Counted from the stretch's first letter, positions 10,169 to 20,593 are shown. The stretch: 64,000 nt of DNA from Marispirochaeta sp. (GCA_963676835.2 CAXXFF010000002.1:1376001-1440000), one strand, 5' to 3'. The notes: generated by a model from the letters alone, not told the origin. Program-made: numbers and translations.

Positions 10169-10468
10169 ATGGAACATCCCGGGCAGAAATGCACTCACTC
10201 AGTTCATCATTCAGAGGCATTTAAAGCGGAGCTGATTTCCCGTCTGAACCGTATTCGGGGACAGTTAGGCGGAATCAGTCGAATGATCGAAGAAGATGTC
10301 TACTGTGACGATGTCCTCAACCAGATATCCTCCGTCACTGCGGCAATCAGCGGGGTAAAGCGTAAGCTTCTCGAAGCTCATATTCGCACCTGTGTGGTTG
10401 AGCAGCTCCAGGAAGGTCGGGAAGAAGTTGTGGATGAACTTATGACCACCATCAAGAAAATGGTATAG
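10169..10468 (+). CDS. csoR: CsoR/RcnR family metal-sensing repressor
   Basis: RLNRIRGQLGGI, YCDDVLNQI and HIRTCV (C-H-C copper-type fingerprint); RBS AAGGAG. Confidence 0.88.
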   Translation: MEHPGQKCTHSVHHSEAFKAELISRLNRIRGQLGGISRMIEEDVYCDDVLNQISSVTAAISGVKRKLLEAHIRTCVVEQLQEGREEVVDELMTTIKKMV

Positions 10469-10495
10469 TCTTCAGCCATGCTCTTCGGTCAAATG

Positions 10496-11488
10496 TCAGG
10501 CTGGAAACCAGATCCTGTAGCGGGGGGTTGGCGCCTTCTGCAGTGACATCGTTCCATTCAGCTCAGCTATCATAGACTGGATAAGACGCATTCCGAGCCC
10601 TCCGGAATTGAGGGGATCAATGTTTTCGGGGATAGGCTCTCCGCTGTTTTCTGTTATGAGCAGATAGCCCCGCTTCCCGTTTTCCCTGGCTGTTTCCAGA
10701 GTAACTGTATACTTTATTTTTTCGCTTTTCTCTTTTTGTACTGCATGTTTGCAGGTGTTGGTGGTTATCTCATTAAGAATCAGTCCAAGGGTTGTTGCCT
10801 TTTTTGAAGAAAGGTATGCGTCGGCGAACTGCAGCTTGAGTTTAATGCCTTCACAGCCGAAGGCGTGGAGAGCTCCCCTGGCGACTTTGCTCAGGTAAGG
10901 GCGGATTTTTACCTTATGGGGTTTGTGCTGGTGGATCAGCTGTTCATGTATAGACTGAATGGCATCCACCTGGCAGCTCAGGTCGGTCAGAATGTCCGGA
11001 TTTCCAAGCTGCATGCCTTTCAGGGAGATAAGACTAGAAACTATGGTCAGGTTGTTTTTAACCCGGTGATGCAGCTCGTTGGTCATTGTTTCATGGTGCT
11101 CAAGCTGAATTTTCAACTGTTCCTCAAGGTTCTTGCGTATGGTTATATCCTTGATAAAAAGGGCTACCTGGTTTTTGGTATCTTCTTTTTTTGCCAGGTG
11201 AATAAGCAGCTTTTTTCTATCTTTCTTACCGGGACTGATGGAATTGATAGAGTAGGTAAACTCCTTTTTGTCCGGAAGGTTGTTGAGTTTTATTGCCTGA
11301 ATAAGCCGTGCATTGCGTTTGAAAAGCGAATCTATTGAGTTTTTCTTTATTTCCTGGGGGCTGGTATTGAATATTTCCACGGCTTTCTGGTTTACGTGCA
11401 GAATCTTCAGCGAGGCCGAGTCTGCAATCAGCACGCCGTCCGGATAGAGATCAATGGGAAGTATCACATTCTCCTTGGCTATGTCCAT
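10496..11488 (-). CDS. Cytoplasmic PAS sensor histidine kinase (HisKA_2 type)
   Basis: N-terminal PAS-like region ending KDITIRK; ELHHRVKNNL H-box; LILNEITTNTCKHA; GLGMRLI. Confidence 0.88.
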   Translation of the reverse strand: MDIAKENVILPIDLYPDGVLIADSASLKILHVNQKAVEIFNTSPQEIKKNSIDSLFKRNARLIQAIKLNNLPDKKEFTYSINSISPGKKDRKKLLIHLAKKEDTKNQVALFIKDITIRKNLEEQLKIQLEHHETMTNELHHRVKNNLTIVSSLISLKGMQLGNPDILTDLSCQVDAIQSIHEQLIHQHKPHKVKIRPYLSKVARGALHAFGCEGIKLKLQFADAYLSSKKATTLGLILNEITTNTCKHAVQKEKSEKIKYTVTLETARENGKRGYLLITENSGEPIPENIDPLNSGGLGMRLIQSMIAELNGTMSLQKAPTPRYRIWFPA

Positions 11489-11661
11489 TTTTCAAGTCAC
11501 ACTTTGTTTAAGATGCTTTAATTATAGCATTCCCCGGAAATATCACAAGAAAATATTAACAAAATTGAGATATTCTTGGAAATTGGGATATCTGCACACA
11601 AAATTTTTATCACCCGACACTCCTCTTGACCCGGAAGGCGGCTGAATTGTACAAAAATCAG

Positions 11662-12408
11662 ATGGAAGACCTAAACTCTGATAATCAGGCTGATATTAAA
11701 AGCCGTATTCTGTATGAAGATAATCACCTCATTGTTATTAATAAGCTTCCCGGAGAGCTTGTACAGGGCGATAAAACCGGGGATGATCCCCTTCCGGTTC
11801 TGCTTGCAGCCTATCTTAAAAAGCGGGATGGAAAGCCCGGGAATGTCTTCCTGGGAGTCCCTCACAGGCTTGACCGCCCGACCAGTGGTGTTCTTGTGTA
11901 CGCAAAAACATCCAAAGCACTTTCACGGATGAATAATCTTTTCCGGGAAGGCAGGGTAAAAAAAACGTACTGGGCCCTGACGGGAATAGCCCCGGAGGAG
12001 TCCGAGGGTACTTTTGTCGACTACCTTCTCAAGGACAGCAAAAAGAATAAATCTTTTGTGGTTGCCGAGGGGCGAAAAGGGGCAAAAAAGGCGGTTCTTC
12101 ACTACCGGCTCCTCGCTTCCGGAGACCGCTATCACCTGCTGGAAGTTGAGATCGACACCGGACGGCATCATCAGATCCGTTGTCAGCTTGCTTCCAGGGG
12201 AATGATCATCAAAGGGGATCTTAAATACGGTTCTTCCAGGTCGAACAAAGATGGAGGAATTTCCCTCCATGCCCGGCATATTTCGTTTACCCACCCCGTT
12301 GGCGATGAAGAAAAGCTGGTCAGCTGTACAGCGCCTCCCCCGGCGAAGGATAATCTCTGGAACTGGTTTATTGATTATCTGGATAAAACCGGCGCTGGCG
12401 GAGATTGA
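11662..12408 (+). CDS. RluA-family RNA pseudouridine synthase
   Basis: ILYEDNHLIVINK, HRLDRPTSG (catalytic D), TGRHHQIR, GDLKYG and LHA motifs. Confidence 0.93.
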   Translation: MEDLNSDNQADIKSRILYEDNHLIVINKLPGELVQGDKTGDDPLPVLLAAYLKKRDGKPGNVFLGVPHRLDRPTSGVLVYAKTSKALSRMNNLFREGRVKKTYWALTGIAPEESEGTFVDYLLKDSKKNKSFVVAEGRKGAKKAVLHYRLLASGDRYHLLEVEIDTGRHHQIRCQLASRGMIIKGDLKYGSSRSNKDGGISLHARHISFTHPVGDEEKLVSCTAPPPAKDNLWNWFIDYLDKTGAGGD

Positions 12409-12425
12409 GAAAGCTGGCAGGGCAT

Positions 12426-12453
12426 AAAAAAACCTCCGCGAAATGCGGAGGTT
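12426..12453. terminator. Intrinsic terminator between convergent rluA-like gene and tRNA-Asp
   Basis: Stem AACCTCCGC/GCGGAGGTT with an A-run on the left (U-tract on the - strand). Confidence 0.8.
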
Positions 12454-12459
12454 AATAAA

Positions 12460-12533
12460 CGGGAGTGACGGGACTTGAACCCGCGGTCTCCGGCTTGACA
12501 GGCCGGCGCGATAACCAGCTTCGCCACACCCCC
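12460..12533 (-). tRNA. tRNA-Asp (GTC), CCA not encoded
   Basis: - strand GGGGGTGTGGCGAAGCTGGTTATCGCGCCGGCCTGTCAAGCCGGAGACCGCGGGTTCAAGTCCCGTCACTCCCG folds as a cloverleaf with anticodon GTC and T-loop TTCAAGT; upstream TTGACA-17-TATTTT. Confidence 0.95.
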
Positions 12534-12572
12534 GTTAAGGTCAGCAGAAAATAGCTGATATCCGGATTTTTG

Positions 12573-15428
12573 TCAAGCAGAACCATTCTCTTTTTTTTCT
12601 TTACCCCCAAGAAAGGCGGTGAGAGCCTCAATGGGCATTGGTTTGGCGAAAAAATACCCCTGTATTACTGGGCTGGAGTGCTGTTCCAGAAACTGCAGCT
12701 GTTTTTTCGTCTCAACTCCCTCGGCGATAATCTTGAATCCGAGACTGGTTCCAAGGCCGATTACCGAGGTGACGATTGCCTCAGCCTCGGCTGATTTATG
12801 CAGATCCATAATAAACGAACGGTCTATCTTCAGGGTATCGATTTTAAAGCGGTTCAGATAGCTCAGGGATGAGTAGCCTGTGCCGAAATCGTCAATGGCC
12901 CGGTGGAATCCAAGCTCTGCAAGCTGCTGAATCTTGCTGATTGCCGCATCAACATTCTCCATGGCGGTACTTTCGGTTATTTCCAGTTCCAGCAGGTTTG
13001 GAGGGAAGTTTTCCTCTTTTACGGCTGCCACCACGGATTCTATAAAGGATTCCTGACCGAATTGTACGGCAGAAACATTGACTCCCAGCGTGAGGGGATG
13101 CTCCATTTTTCTGTTTAACTGCCCGATTTCTTTCATCGCATTGCGTAATACCCAGGTATCAATGGCACTTATCAGACCGCACCGCTCTGCCACCGGAATG
13201 AATTCTCCGGGAGAAATCCATCCCTCTTCCGGATCCTGCCAGCGGATAAGGGCTTCGACCCCACTGAAGCGTTTGTCCTGCAGGCTGTACTGGGGCTGAT
13301 AAAATATATGCAGGTGTCCGTCGACAACCGCCCGGCGCAGCCGTTCTTCCAGAATATTTCTGCGGTGGTTTATCTCTTCTATTTTCTGGTTGAATACAGT
13401 AATGCTGCCGTCCTGTCTTTTTTTTGACCTGTACATTGCCATATCCGCGTTCTGCATCAGCCTGCTCGGATTTGTACCATCTTCGGGGAAAAAGGTAACT
13501 CCGAAGCTTGCCCGGGGGTAAATAACTTTCTTGTTGAAAAACAAGGGCTCCTCCAGGGCCTGCTGAATCCGTTTTACCGCCTCCATGGTATCTGACTGGT
13601 CGGCAATAACCGGCAGGAGTATGGTGAACTCATCTCCTCCCATCCGGGCAACGGTGTCATCCTCTCTGACGGAGGCTGTCAGCCGTTTGGCAATCTCCTG
13701 CAGATAGATATCGCCCACGGAATGCCCCAGGGTATCATTTATCTGTTTGAAGTTATCCATGTCCAGAAAGAGTACGGCGCCTTTGGTTTTGTTCCGGTTG
13801 GAAGATGCCAGGGCAAGATCGAGCCTGTCGATAAACAGTATCCGGTTGGGAAGGTCGGTCATTGCATCATGATAGGCCATGCGGTGGAGTCGGGCTTCGT
13901 TCTGCTTGAGGTCGGAAATATCGTGAAAGATACTGATGTACTGTACCGGTTCCCCCTGGTCATTCTTCAGGGTGGTTATGGTCAGCCATTCCGGGTAGGA
14001 ATGACCGTCTCTGTGGCGGTTCCATATCTCACCGCTCCAGCTTCCTTTGTGTAGAATGGAGTTCCACATCTCTTCATAGAACTCTTTGCTGTGATGTTCC
14101 GACCGGAGAACTCTGGGGTTTTTCCCCAGCACCTCATCTTTCGAATACCCGGTTATCTGGGTAAAGGCCTCGTTTACCAGGGTTATACTGCCGTCGAGAT
14201 CCGTGATGGCTATGCCTTCAAGGGTGTTGTCGAATACGGTGTCCGACAGCAACTGAAGGGTTCCAAGGCTTTTGCGGGTAAGTTCCCCCTGTTCGAGTTT
14301 GTCCAGAAAATGGTTGAAGTGTTTTCCCAAAGCCTGAATTTCTTTCAGGTCGGAGTTCCAGCTGTCTCTGGTGTAGTCACCCTTTATGCTGCGGTCCAGG
14401 CTTTTGATTACCTGATTGATGGAAGACTGGATGGACCGGCTGAACCTGGCTGAAAGACTCAGAAAAACTGCGCTTGTTGCCAGCAGAAGCAGTACCAGCA
14501 GCAGGCTCAGCTGCCAGATGGGCTGATTAACTTCTCCCATCAGAACCGATGATGTAGCCGTGAGCTTTATGTTCGGAATATGTACAAAGTAAAGGAGCCG
14601 CAGTTTTCTGTTTCCGTCGCCGGCAACGTAGTGGAGATGTCCCTCGGGGCTGCTGTTAATCTGTTCAAGGATAGTATCTGAAAAATCCGGTTCAGCTTCA
14701 GATATGGGGGTTATTCTGCTTATGCCCGGGTGAACCAGCATATTGCCTCTGCTGTCCATTATGGATATACGCTGTCGGGTGTCCTCGGTAAGATAGGCGA
14801 TTATTTTCTCCAGATGATTCCGGTCTATAAGATTGGGGAAGTCGTCGGGATAAGCAGTCACTGTTACTATCCAGTCCCATTCGGGGATATAGGTCATGTA
14901 CAGGACTTTATAGCGGGCTTCCAGTTCCCCCGGGTTGCGCCAGTAATAGGCCAGAAATCCCTGCTGTTGTTGTATCTGCTGCTGCACAAAATCTTCAGTG
15001 CCGATGTTTACCCCCTCCAGGGCTCTGAATTTGTGAATTAAAACATCTGCATTTGAGTTAAGTACGTAAAAATATCCTTCCCTGCCAATCTGGTAATCCC
15101 GGAGAATCTCTGCAGCAACGGTTTTTTCCTGTTCTTCAGACAGTTCTGTATGGGTCCGCAGTGTGCTGAGTTTGTTACGGAAGTCCATGATGTAATTTTC
15201 AAGCCGGTGTTCCACCTCTATCTCAACCCAGGTGTTCATCAGCTCCTTGATTTCTCTGGTATTTGCCCGCAGGGAAGCGTTGATTCTCTGGTTTATTACA
15301 AGAGACAGAACCACAAGCAAAATAACCGAAACGATAAGCTGTATGCCCAGGCTGGTGAGACCGTACCAGCGAAAGAGTTTCTGGTCGAGACGAATTGTTC
15401 TGTTGTAGTGGTGCATTCCTTTTTCCAT
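12573..15428 (-). CDS. Membrane Cache-PAS-GGDEF-EAL diguanylate cyclase/phosphodiesterase
   Basis: Two TM segments flank a Cache domain (GYFYVL, GFLAYYW); PAS (TGYSKDEVLGKNPR); REDD I-site plus GGDEF; EAL and DDFGTGYSSL. Confidence 0.93.
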   Translation of the reverse strand: MEKGMHHYNRTIRLDQKLFRWYGLTSLGIQLIVSVILLVVLSLVINQRINASLRANTREIKELMNTWVEIEVEHRLENYIMDFRNKLSTLRTHTELSEEQEKTVAAEILRDYQIGREGYFYVLNSNADVLIHKFRALEGVNIGTEDFVQQQIQQQQGFLAYYWRNPGELEARYKVLYMTYIPEWDWIVTVTAYPDDFPNLIDRNHLEKIIAYLTEDTRQRISIMDSRGNMLVHPGISRITPISEAEPDFSDTILEQINSSPEGHLHYVAGDGNRKLRLLYFVHIPNIKLTATSSVLMGEVNQPIWQLSLLLVLLLLATSAVFLSLSARFSRSIQSSINQVIKSLDRSIKGDYTRDSWNSDLKEIQALGKHFNHFLDKLEQGELTRKSLGTLQLLSDTVFDNTLEGIAITDLDGSITLVNEAFTQITGYSKDEVLGKNPRVLRSEHHSKEFYEEMWNSILHKGSWSGEIWNRHRDGHSYPEWLTITTLKNDQGEPVQYISIFHDISDLKQNEARLHRMAYHDAMTDLPNRILFIDRLDLALASSNRNKTKGAVLFLDMDNFKQINDTLGHSVGDIYLQEIAKRLTASVREDDTVARMGGDEFTILLPVIADQSDTMEAVKRIQQALEEPLFFNKKVIYPRASFGVTFFPEDGTNPSRLMQNADMAMYRSKKRQDGSITVFNQKIEEINHRRNILEERLRRAVVDGHLHIFYQPQYSLQDKRFSGVEALIRWQDPEEGWISPGEFIPVAERCGLISAIDTWVLRNAMKEIGQLNRKMEHPLTLGVNVSAVQFGQESFIESVVAAVKEENFPPNLLELEITESTAMENVDAAISKIQQLAELGFHRAIDDFGTGYSSLSYLNRFKIDTLKIDRSFIMDLHKSAEAEAIVTSVIGLGTSLGFKIIAEGVETKKQLQFLEQHSSPVIQGYFFAKPMPIEALTAFLGGKEKKENGSA

Positions 15429-15604
15429 CTATGCCTGTTCTATCCCTATTTGAGTGTAGTCAGAAATTTTGACTCAGGCAAATATTTGTTTACAGTCTCA
15501 AGTTATAATTTAAGAGGGTACGGCTGAATTTTCTTTATTTCTTTTTTACTTACCCCTCCTTGCCTTGCCGGGGTAACTCCCGGTAAGCTTGGAGCAACAG
15601 GAGA

Positions 15605-16411
15605 GTGAGCCCCATGGATCTGCACAGCACACTGGAAAATGTAAAAGGCCTTATGAGAAGGGTCGGTGAGTATCAGAAGAAACAGTTCCGCACCTTTCAG
15701 CACGGAAGTGGTGACGAGAAAACTGAAAGAGAGTATGTCTCTCATGTCGACATTGAGAGTGAAAAGATGCTCCACGAAGGTCTTACGGAGATTTTTCCGG
15801 AGGCTGCATTCTACGGCGAGGAGACCCTCAAGGACCGGGGAGAATACACCTGGGTGGTTGATCCTCTGGACGGCACCATCAACTATCTTTCCGGGATTGA
15901 CCACTGGGCTATCTCTGTTGCCCTTTTAAAAGGGGATGAACCAATTCTCGGGGTTGTGCTTAAGCCGTTCAGTGCTGAAACCTTTTGCGCCATTAAAAAC
16001 TTCGGAGCATTCTACAATAATCAGCCTCTGAAGCAGGTTCTCCATCTGCCCATGAAGATGTCGCTCATCGGCACCGGCTTTCCCTTCCGCTCCCCGGACA
16101 CCAAGGGTCATTTCTTCCCCTGTGCCGAAGAGGTTCTCTTCTCAAGCCGGGGTCTGCGGCGTATCGGCAGTGCTGCTCTGGATTTGTGTAAAGTTGCGGC
16201 AGGATTTCTTCAGGGCTTTTTTGAGGTTGATCTTGAACCTTACGATGCGGCTGCGGGGCTGTTGATGCTTCAGGAAACGGGCTGTCAGGTTACCAATTTT
16301 TCCGGCGGACCCTATGATCTGTTCGGGTCGCGTACTCTGGTCGCAGGCTTTCCCGGCGTCCATGATGAGCTTCAGCTTATCTGCGCAAAGCACTACGCCG
16401 GGATTATTTAG
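15605..16411 (+). CDS. Inositol monophosphatase family protein (SuhB-like)
   Basis: GEE, WVVDPLDGTINY, RRIGSAALDL and YDAAAG motifs. Confidence 0.92.
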   Translation: MSPMDLHSTLENVKGLMRRVGEYQKKQFRTFQHGSGDEKTEREYVSHVDIESEKMLHEGLTEIFPEAAFYGEETLKDRGEYTWVVDPLDGTINYLSGIDHWAISVALLKGDEPILGVVLKPFSAETFCAIKNFGAFYNNQPLKQVLHLPMKMSLIGTGFPFRSPDTKGHFFPCAEEVLFSSRGLRRIGSAALDLCKVAAGFLQGFFEVDLEPYDAAAGLLMLQETGCQVTNFSGGPYDLFGSRTLVAGFPGVHDELQLICAKHYAGII

Positions 16412-16416
16412 AGGTT

Positions 16417-16860
16417 TTAAAGGATTCCGCCGTGGAAGTAGAGTTCGTAAATTCTTGCGGTGTCAAAAATAACGTACTCTTCTCCGCGAACCTGTTCAAA
16501 TGATCCGGTCCAGGTGCAGTAGTAACTGAAATCACCTTCGGCAAAGCCGTTGATTCCCCGGTACGGATTCTGTTCATCGATGCGGGAAAGGGCTTTTCCC
16601 AGGAATTCAGGGAAATCTTCGGGGATTGCATCTTCCAGAAGGCAGCCGTAGTAGTTCATTCCCCAGGAGGGGCGGTCTCCCTGCCAGACAATCTCCTGGC
16701 CGATAAAACGTTCCTGACCGAAGAATGAATCCAGATAACGGAATCCCCCGTCTGAGTAATGAAGATCTTTCGAGCTTTTTCTTGTGGAGGAGACCGGAAT
16801 CATTCCGGATGCATAACAGTTTTTTTTCGCTTTTATAAGAAAAGAAATCAGATCGTCCAT
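16417..16860 (-). CDS. Conserved hypothetical protein (DUF5680-like)
   Basis: FLIKAKKNCYA, YLDSFFG, GQEIVW, WGMNYYG, PYRG and FHGG pattern; RBS AAGGAG. Confidence 0.75.
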   Translation of the reverse strand: MDDLISFLIKAKKNCYASGMIPVSSTRKSSKDLHYSDGGFRYLDSFFGQERFIGQEIVWQGDRPSWGMNYYGCLLEDAIPEDFPEFLGKALSRIDEQNPYRGINGFAEGDFSYYCTWTGSFEQVRGEEYVIFDTARIYELYFHGGIL

Positions 16861-16955
16861 TACTACTCCTTGTTATGTCTACAGTATAGTATCCCTGACG
16901 ATTTTCTTCCACCTGCTTTCTTCGATTGTGGTTAAAAACAACAGTTCTAAATTTA

Positions 16956-17104
16956 AGGCACTTCTAAAAACGTAGTATTTTTGCCATAGCCTAGGAGGAT
17001 AGATTTTATAGCGCCCGCGAACTCTTGTGGTAACAAGAGTTGAGGACCGCGGGAAATCTTGACGACGCAGGATATGGTGAAAAGAGTAGTTTTTAGTGGT
17101 GGCC
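16956..17104. mobile_element. ~150-bp palindromic MITE/REP-like element, copy 1
   Basis: Near-identical to 43300-43453; imperfect terminal inverted repeats (GGCACTTCTAAAAAC ... GTTTTTAGTGGTGGCC); central stem AACTCTTGT/ACAAGAGTT. Confidence 0.75.
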
Positions 17105-17307
17105 TTTTGAGAATGATGCATCCATGGATACCGGATTTCTACGGAAATTGCCACATTCCGGGCAATTTTCCTTTACGAAACCCTTGGGCAACTCCTTTGG
17201 GGGAGGCAATTCTTCTATATCAATCTGTACGATTGCTATAATTAAAATTGCTTGGTTAAAAACAGCCAAATAGACGCGGGAGTGTTTTTAGGTATACACT
17301 CCCGGAC

Positions 17308-18201
17308 ATGAGATCCGGTGTACTGAAGAATGATTCCCTGCTGCTGTTGACTGCCATGATTTGGGGCTTCGCCTTCGTGGCCCAGCGGGTGGGGATGAAG
17401 ACAATTGGTCCTTTCACTTATAATGGAGTCCGTTTTGCTCTGGGAGCAGCAAGTCTGCTGCCGCTGCTGTTTATTCGCAGGGAGAAGCGGTCGGTAAACA
17501 CTGCTCCGCTGTTGCGGCGTCTGCTGATCGGCGGAATTACCGGTCTTTTCCTGTTTATTGCGGCATCCCTCCAGCAGGTGGGGCTGCTTTTTACCACCGC
17601 CGGGAAAGCCGGTTTTATTACCACCCTCTATGTGGTGTTTGTACCTCTGTTTGCCGTTGCCCTGGGACGCCGTACAGGAACCGCCGGATGGGTGGGGGTT
17701 GCCCTTGCTGTGGCAGGGCTTTACCTTTTGAGTGTTGAAAAAGGGTTCCGGGTTTCCCCGGGAGATCTTTTTGTTCTGGGAAGTGCAGTCTTCTGGTCGT
17801 TTCATGTCCTCTATATTGACCGCTACGGCCGGACTGTTGATTCAATAGAGCTTTCGGTTGTTCAGTATGTAGTCTGTTCAGTTCTTTGCCTGGGGACTGC
17901 TTTCATTCAGGAGACTCCCTCTGTTGGAGGAATCCTGGAAGCTGCAGTGCCGATCCTCTACGGGGGGATCTGTTCCGTGGGAATTGCCTATACCCTTCAG
18001 GTGATTGCCCAGAAACATGCCCCGCCGTCTCATGCGGCGATTATTCTGAGCCTTGAAGGCGCCTTTGCTGCCCTGGGGGGCTGGCTGCTGCTGGCTGAAG
18101 TACTTGATCCCCGGGCCCTTGCGGGATGTCTTTTGATGTTTTCTGCCATGCTCGCCTCCCAGTGGGATGTTATCTGGGGGAAGAGGGCAGATCACAATTA
18201 G
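17308..18201 (+). CDS. DMT/EamA family transporter
   Basis: IWGFAFVAQ, TTAGKAGFIT, GDLFVL, AYTLQ and LSLE motifs; about 10 TM segments. Confidence 0.92.
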   Translation: MRSGVLKNDSLLLLTAMIWGFAFVAQRVGMKTIGPFTYNGVRFALGAASLLPLLFIRREKRSVNTAPLLRRLLIGGITGLFLFIAASLQQVGLLFTTAGKAGFITTLYVVFVPLFAVALGRRTGTAGWVGVALAVAGLYLLSVEKGFRVSPGDLFVLGSAVFWSFHVLYIDRYGRTVDSIELSVVQYVVCSVLCLGTAFIQETPSVGGILEAAVPILYGGICSVGIAYTLQVIAQKHAPPSHAAIILSLEGAFAALGGWLLLAEVLDPRALAGCLLMFSAMLASQWDVIWGKRADHN

Positions 18202-18223
18202 GCTGTTCTTTTTGTTTGGCTCT

Positions 18224-20593
18224 TTACGGGGTGGACTCTGCAGAGAAAAGTGAGCGGATCTTTGTGAATACCTTTCTTAAGAGTGGGTCTTCTCCGGACT
18301 CATTTTCAATACGCTCCGCAGCGCTGCTGTTTCCCTCTTCCAGATATGATGCATACTGTTCTGTAATGGAGAGTGCTTCGCTTCGTGCTTCGCCGGCTCT
18401 GTATTCGGTAACCTTACGGGTGTACTCATCCAGTCCGGGGAAGATTCCGCTTATTTCGCTGTCTCTGAAGAAATCCTGCAGCACCTGCTCCGCCTTTGTA
18501 TAGTCCGATGCGGAGACATTTCCCCCGAGGAGGGAGTTCAGGTTGGCCTGATAGGCGGTGTAGCCCTTTGCCAGGGCGGTATAGCGGTCGTCGCCCTGCC
18601 TGCGGGTAACCACATCCACCAGCTCTACCACGGCAGCATCAAGATCCTTTTCCAGCTGTTTGCGCTGTTCCTCCGAGCGGGAGAGACTGGTCTGAGCGGT
18701 ACTCAGTTCTTTTCTGGAGGTGGACAGCTGGGTGGAGAGTTCGGATACCCTGGTATTAAGGCTGGCGATGGTCCTGTTTTTCTCGTCAACAGTTCCGCTC
18801 TGCTCTGCTTTAAGTTCCGCAAGCTGTTCATCGGAAAGAGATCCTTTAGATTCCTCGAGGGCTGAAAGCTGTTCCCTGGCTGCTGCAAGCTCTGTCTGCG
18901 CCTGATTCAGCTGATCTTCGTACTCCGCCAGCATGGTGCGGCCTTCGGAAATGAGGGCTTCCTGCTCTGCAATACGGGTATCCCGGTCTTCTGCTTCGGT
19001 TTTCAGGGTTTCGATTGTTTCCAGCAGTGCAGCTGCTTCTTCGCTCAACTCCTGGTCTCTGGCCGCAGCTTCGGCTTCGAGTTCTGCTATGCGGGTTTCG
19101 TACTCCGCTTTGAGGTCATCTATCTCCCGGCGGCTGTCGGCGGTAAGACGGTTCTGGTTGTCTGTATATTCTGAGGTAATGGTATTTTCTATCCGCTTCA
19201 CAGCTTCAACCAGCCGTTCGCTTTCTCCCGGAACTGCGGCAGCTGCAGCCAGTCGGTAGCTGCTCAGAGCCTGGTCTGTTGCACCGGTTTCCAGAAACTC
19301 CTGCCCCTGGGCAAGCAGTCTGTCCGCCCGGCTGTTGCGGGCCTCGGTTTCCAGAAGTGCAAGGTTTTCAACAGCCGCCTTTATGGAGGGCAGGGCAGTG
19401 ATGGCCTGATTGTACAGCTCTCTGGCTTCGTCTCTGCGGCCTTCAGTTTTAGCTGTCTCCGCCTGGGCAACCAGGGCTCTGGCGTTCAGCAGCCGCTGGG
19501 CTGTATTCACGAGGTCGCCGGTATCTGCGGATTCGGTATTCAGCTCTACTTCTATTTCCCCTTCCAGGGTATCCAGAATAAGCCGTTCCACCCCTCTCCG
19601 TTTGGCTATGCGGGGAAGGTTGTCAATTTTCGGATCATCCAGCAGGGTTCTTAATGAGGCAATTCCGGTCAGGGCTGCTTCATACTGCCCATTTTCCATG
19701 CTGTTCATGATGGACTGGTAGAAAGCGAGGATCTGATCGGTAACCAGGTTCTCTGTTTCCTGCAGCCGGGCTATCTCTTCGAGCCGTGCACGGGCGTCGC
19801 TTGATTCTGCGGTAAGCGCCTGACGTTCCGCTTCATAACGGGCGGTAAGTTCCGCCTCCCGTTCGGCGGCGTCGGCGGCAAGTTTCTCTTTTTCAGCGTT
19901 GGTTTGAACCAGAATCTGCTGAGCAGCATCCCTGGAGCGTGCCAGCTCTTCCTCTTTAGCCCGCAGGGCCGCCTGGGATTCTATACGGTACTCTTCTATT
20001 TTTGCCTGCAGTTCCTGCTGTTTCTGTATCTCAAAATCTCTGAGCCGGTTGTCCAGCTCTTCCGGGGTAATATCAAGCTTCTGCAGCCGGGCCCGCTCCA
20101 CCAGCAGGGCTGATTCCATCTCTGCCCGGAGTTCAATCTCACGTCTTTCCAGGGCAGTCTGAAAATCGGACTGGAGGTTTTTACTCTGTTCTTCTATCTT
20201 GCCCAGCTCTTCCTGGATCCGGAGAATCTCTTCCTCTTTTGCCGCTATGCGGGCATCGGATTCTCTCTTCAGTTCTTCTATCAGGCGGCCTTCGGCGCTG
20301 GCCACTGCGCTGACTTCCAGGTTCATACTTTCCTGGCGTGTTTCAAACATTCGGGAGGAGAGATAAAAAGTTGCTCCCACGGCGGCAATAGAAAGGGTGA
20401 TGATGATTGTAGGGAGCCAGAAGCTCCGTTTAAGAGGATTCAGTCTGAAGATTTCGTCAGAAACGGTAATCTGGTTCTGCTTTACAACTTCCTCTATCTC
20501 CGCAAGAATTTCGTTCCGTTCTTCTTCCGAGGCGAAGGTAAGCAGGTCATCCTGCTGGGGTGTGTCTGTAAACGGCTGATCCGGACTGCTCAT
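18224..20593 (-). CDS. Membrane-anchored long coiled-coil protein with TPR-like helices, function unknown
   Basis: Single TM near residues 58-78, then E/A/L/R-rich heptad repeats and TPR-like segments (EARELYNQA, DQALSSYRLA). Confidence 0.75.
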   Translation of the reverse strand: MSSPDQPFTDTPQQDDLLTFASEEERNEILAEIEEVVKQNQITVSDEIFRLNPLKRSFWLPTIIITLSIAAVGATFYLSSRMFETRQESMNLEVSAVASAEGRLIEELKRESDARIAAKEEEILRIQEELGKIEEQSKNLQSDFQTALERREIELRAEMESALLVERARLQKLDITPEELDNRLRDFEIQKQQELQAKIEEYRIESQAALRAKEEELARSRDAAQQILVQTNAEKEKLAADAAEREAELTARYEAERQALTAESSDARARLEEIARLQETENLVTDQILAFYQSIMNSMENGQYEAALTGIASLRTLLDDPKIDNLPRIAKRRGVERLILDTLEGEIEVELNTESADTGDLVNTAQRLLNARALVAQAETAKTEGRRDEARELYNQAITALPSIKAAVENLALLETEARNSRADRLLAQGQEFLETGATDQALSSYRLAAAAAVPGESERLVEAVKRIENTITSEYTDNQNRLTADSRREIDDLKAEYETRIAELEAEAAARDQELSEEAAALLETIETLKTEAEDRDTRIAEQEALISEGRTMLAEYEDQLNQAQTELAAAREQLSALEESKGSLSDEQLAELKAEQSGTVDEKNRTIASLNTRVSELSTQLSTSRKELSTAQTSLSRSEEQRKQLEKDLDAAVVELVDVVTRRQGDDRYTALAKGYTAYQANLNSLLGGNVSASDYTKAEQVLQDFFRDSEISGIFPGLDEYTRKVTEYRAGEARSEALSITEQYASYLEEGNSSAAERIENESGEDPLLRKVFTKIRSLFSAESTP

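Noticed and set aside
12460..12533. tRNA-Asp as an integration site
   Set aside because: No integrase in the window and no duplicated tRNA 3' end seen.
16956..17104. Repeat element as a CRISPR repeat or riboswitch
   Set aside because: There are only two copies 26 kb apart, with no spacer array or cas genes. The terminal inverted repeats and unrelated neighbouring genes fit a dispersed element better.
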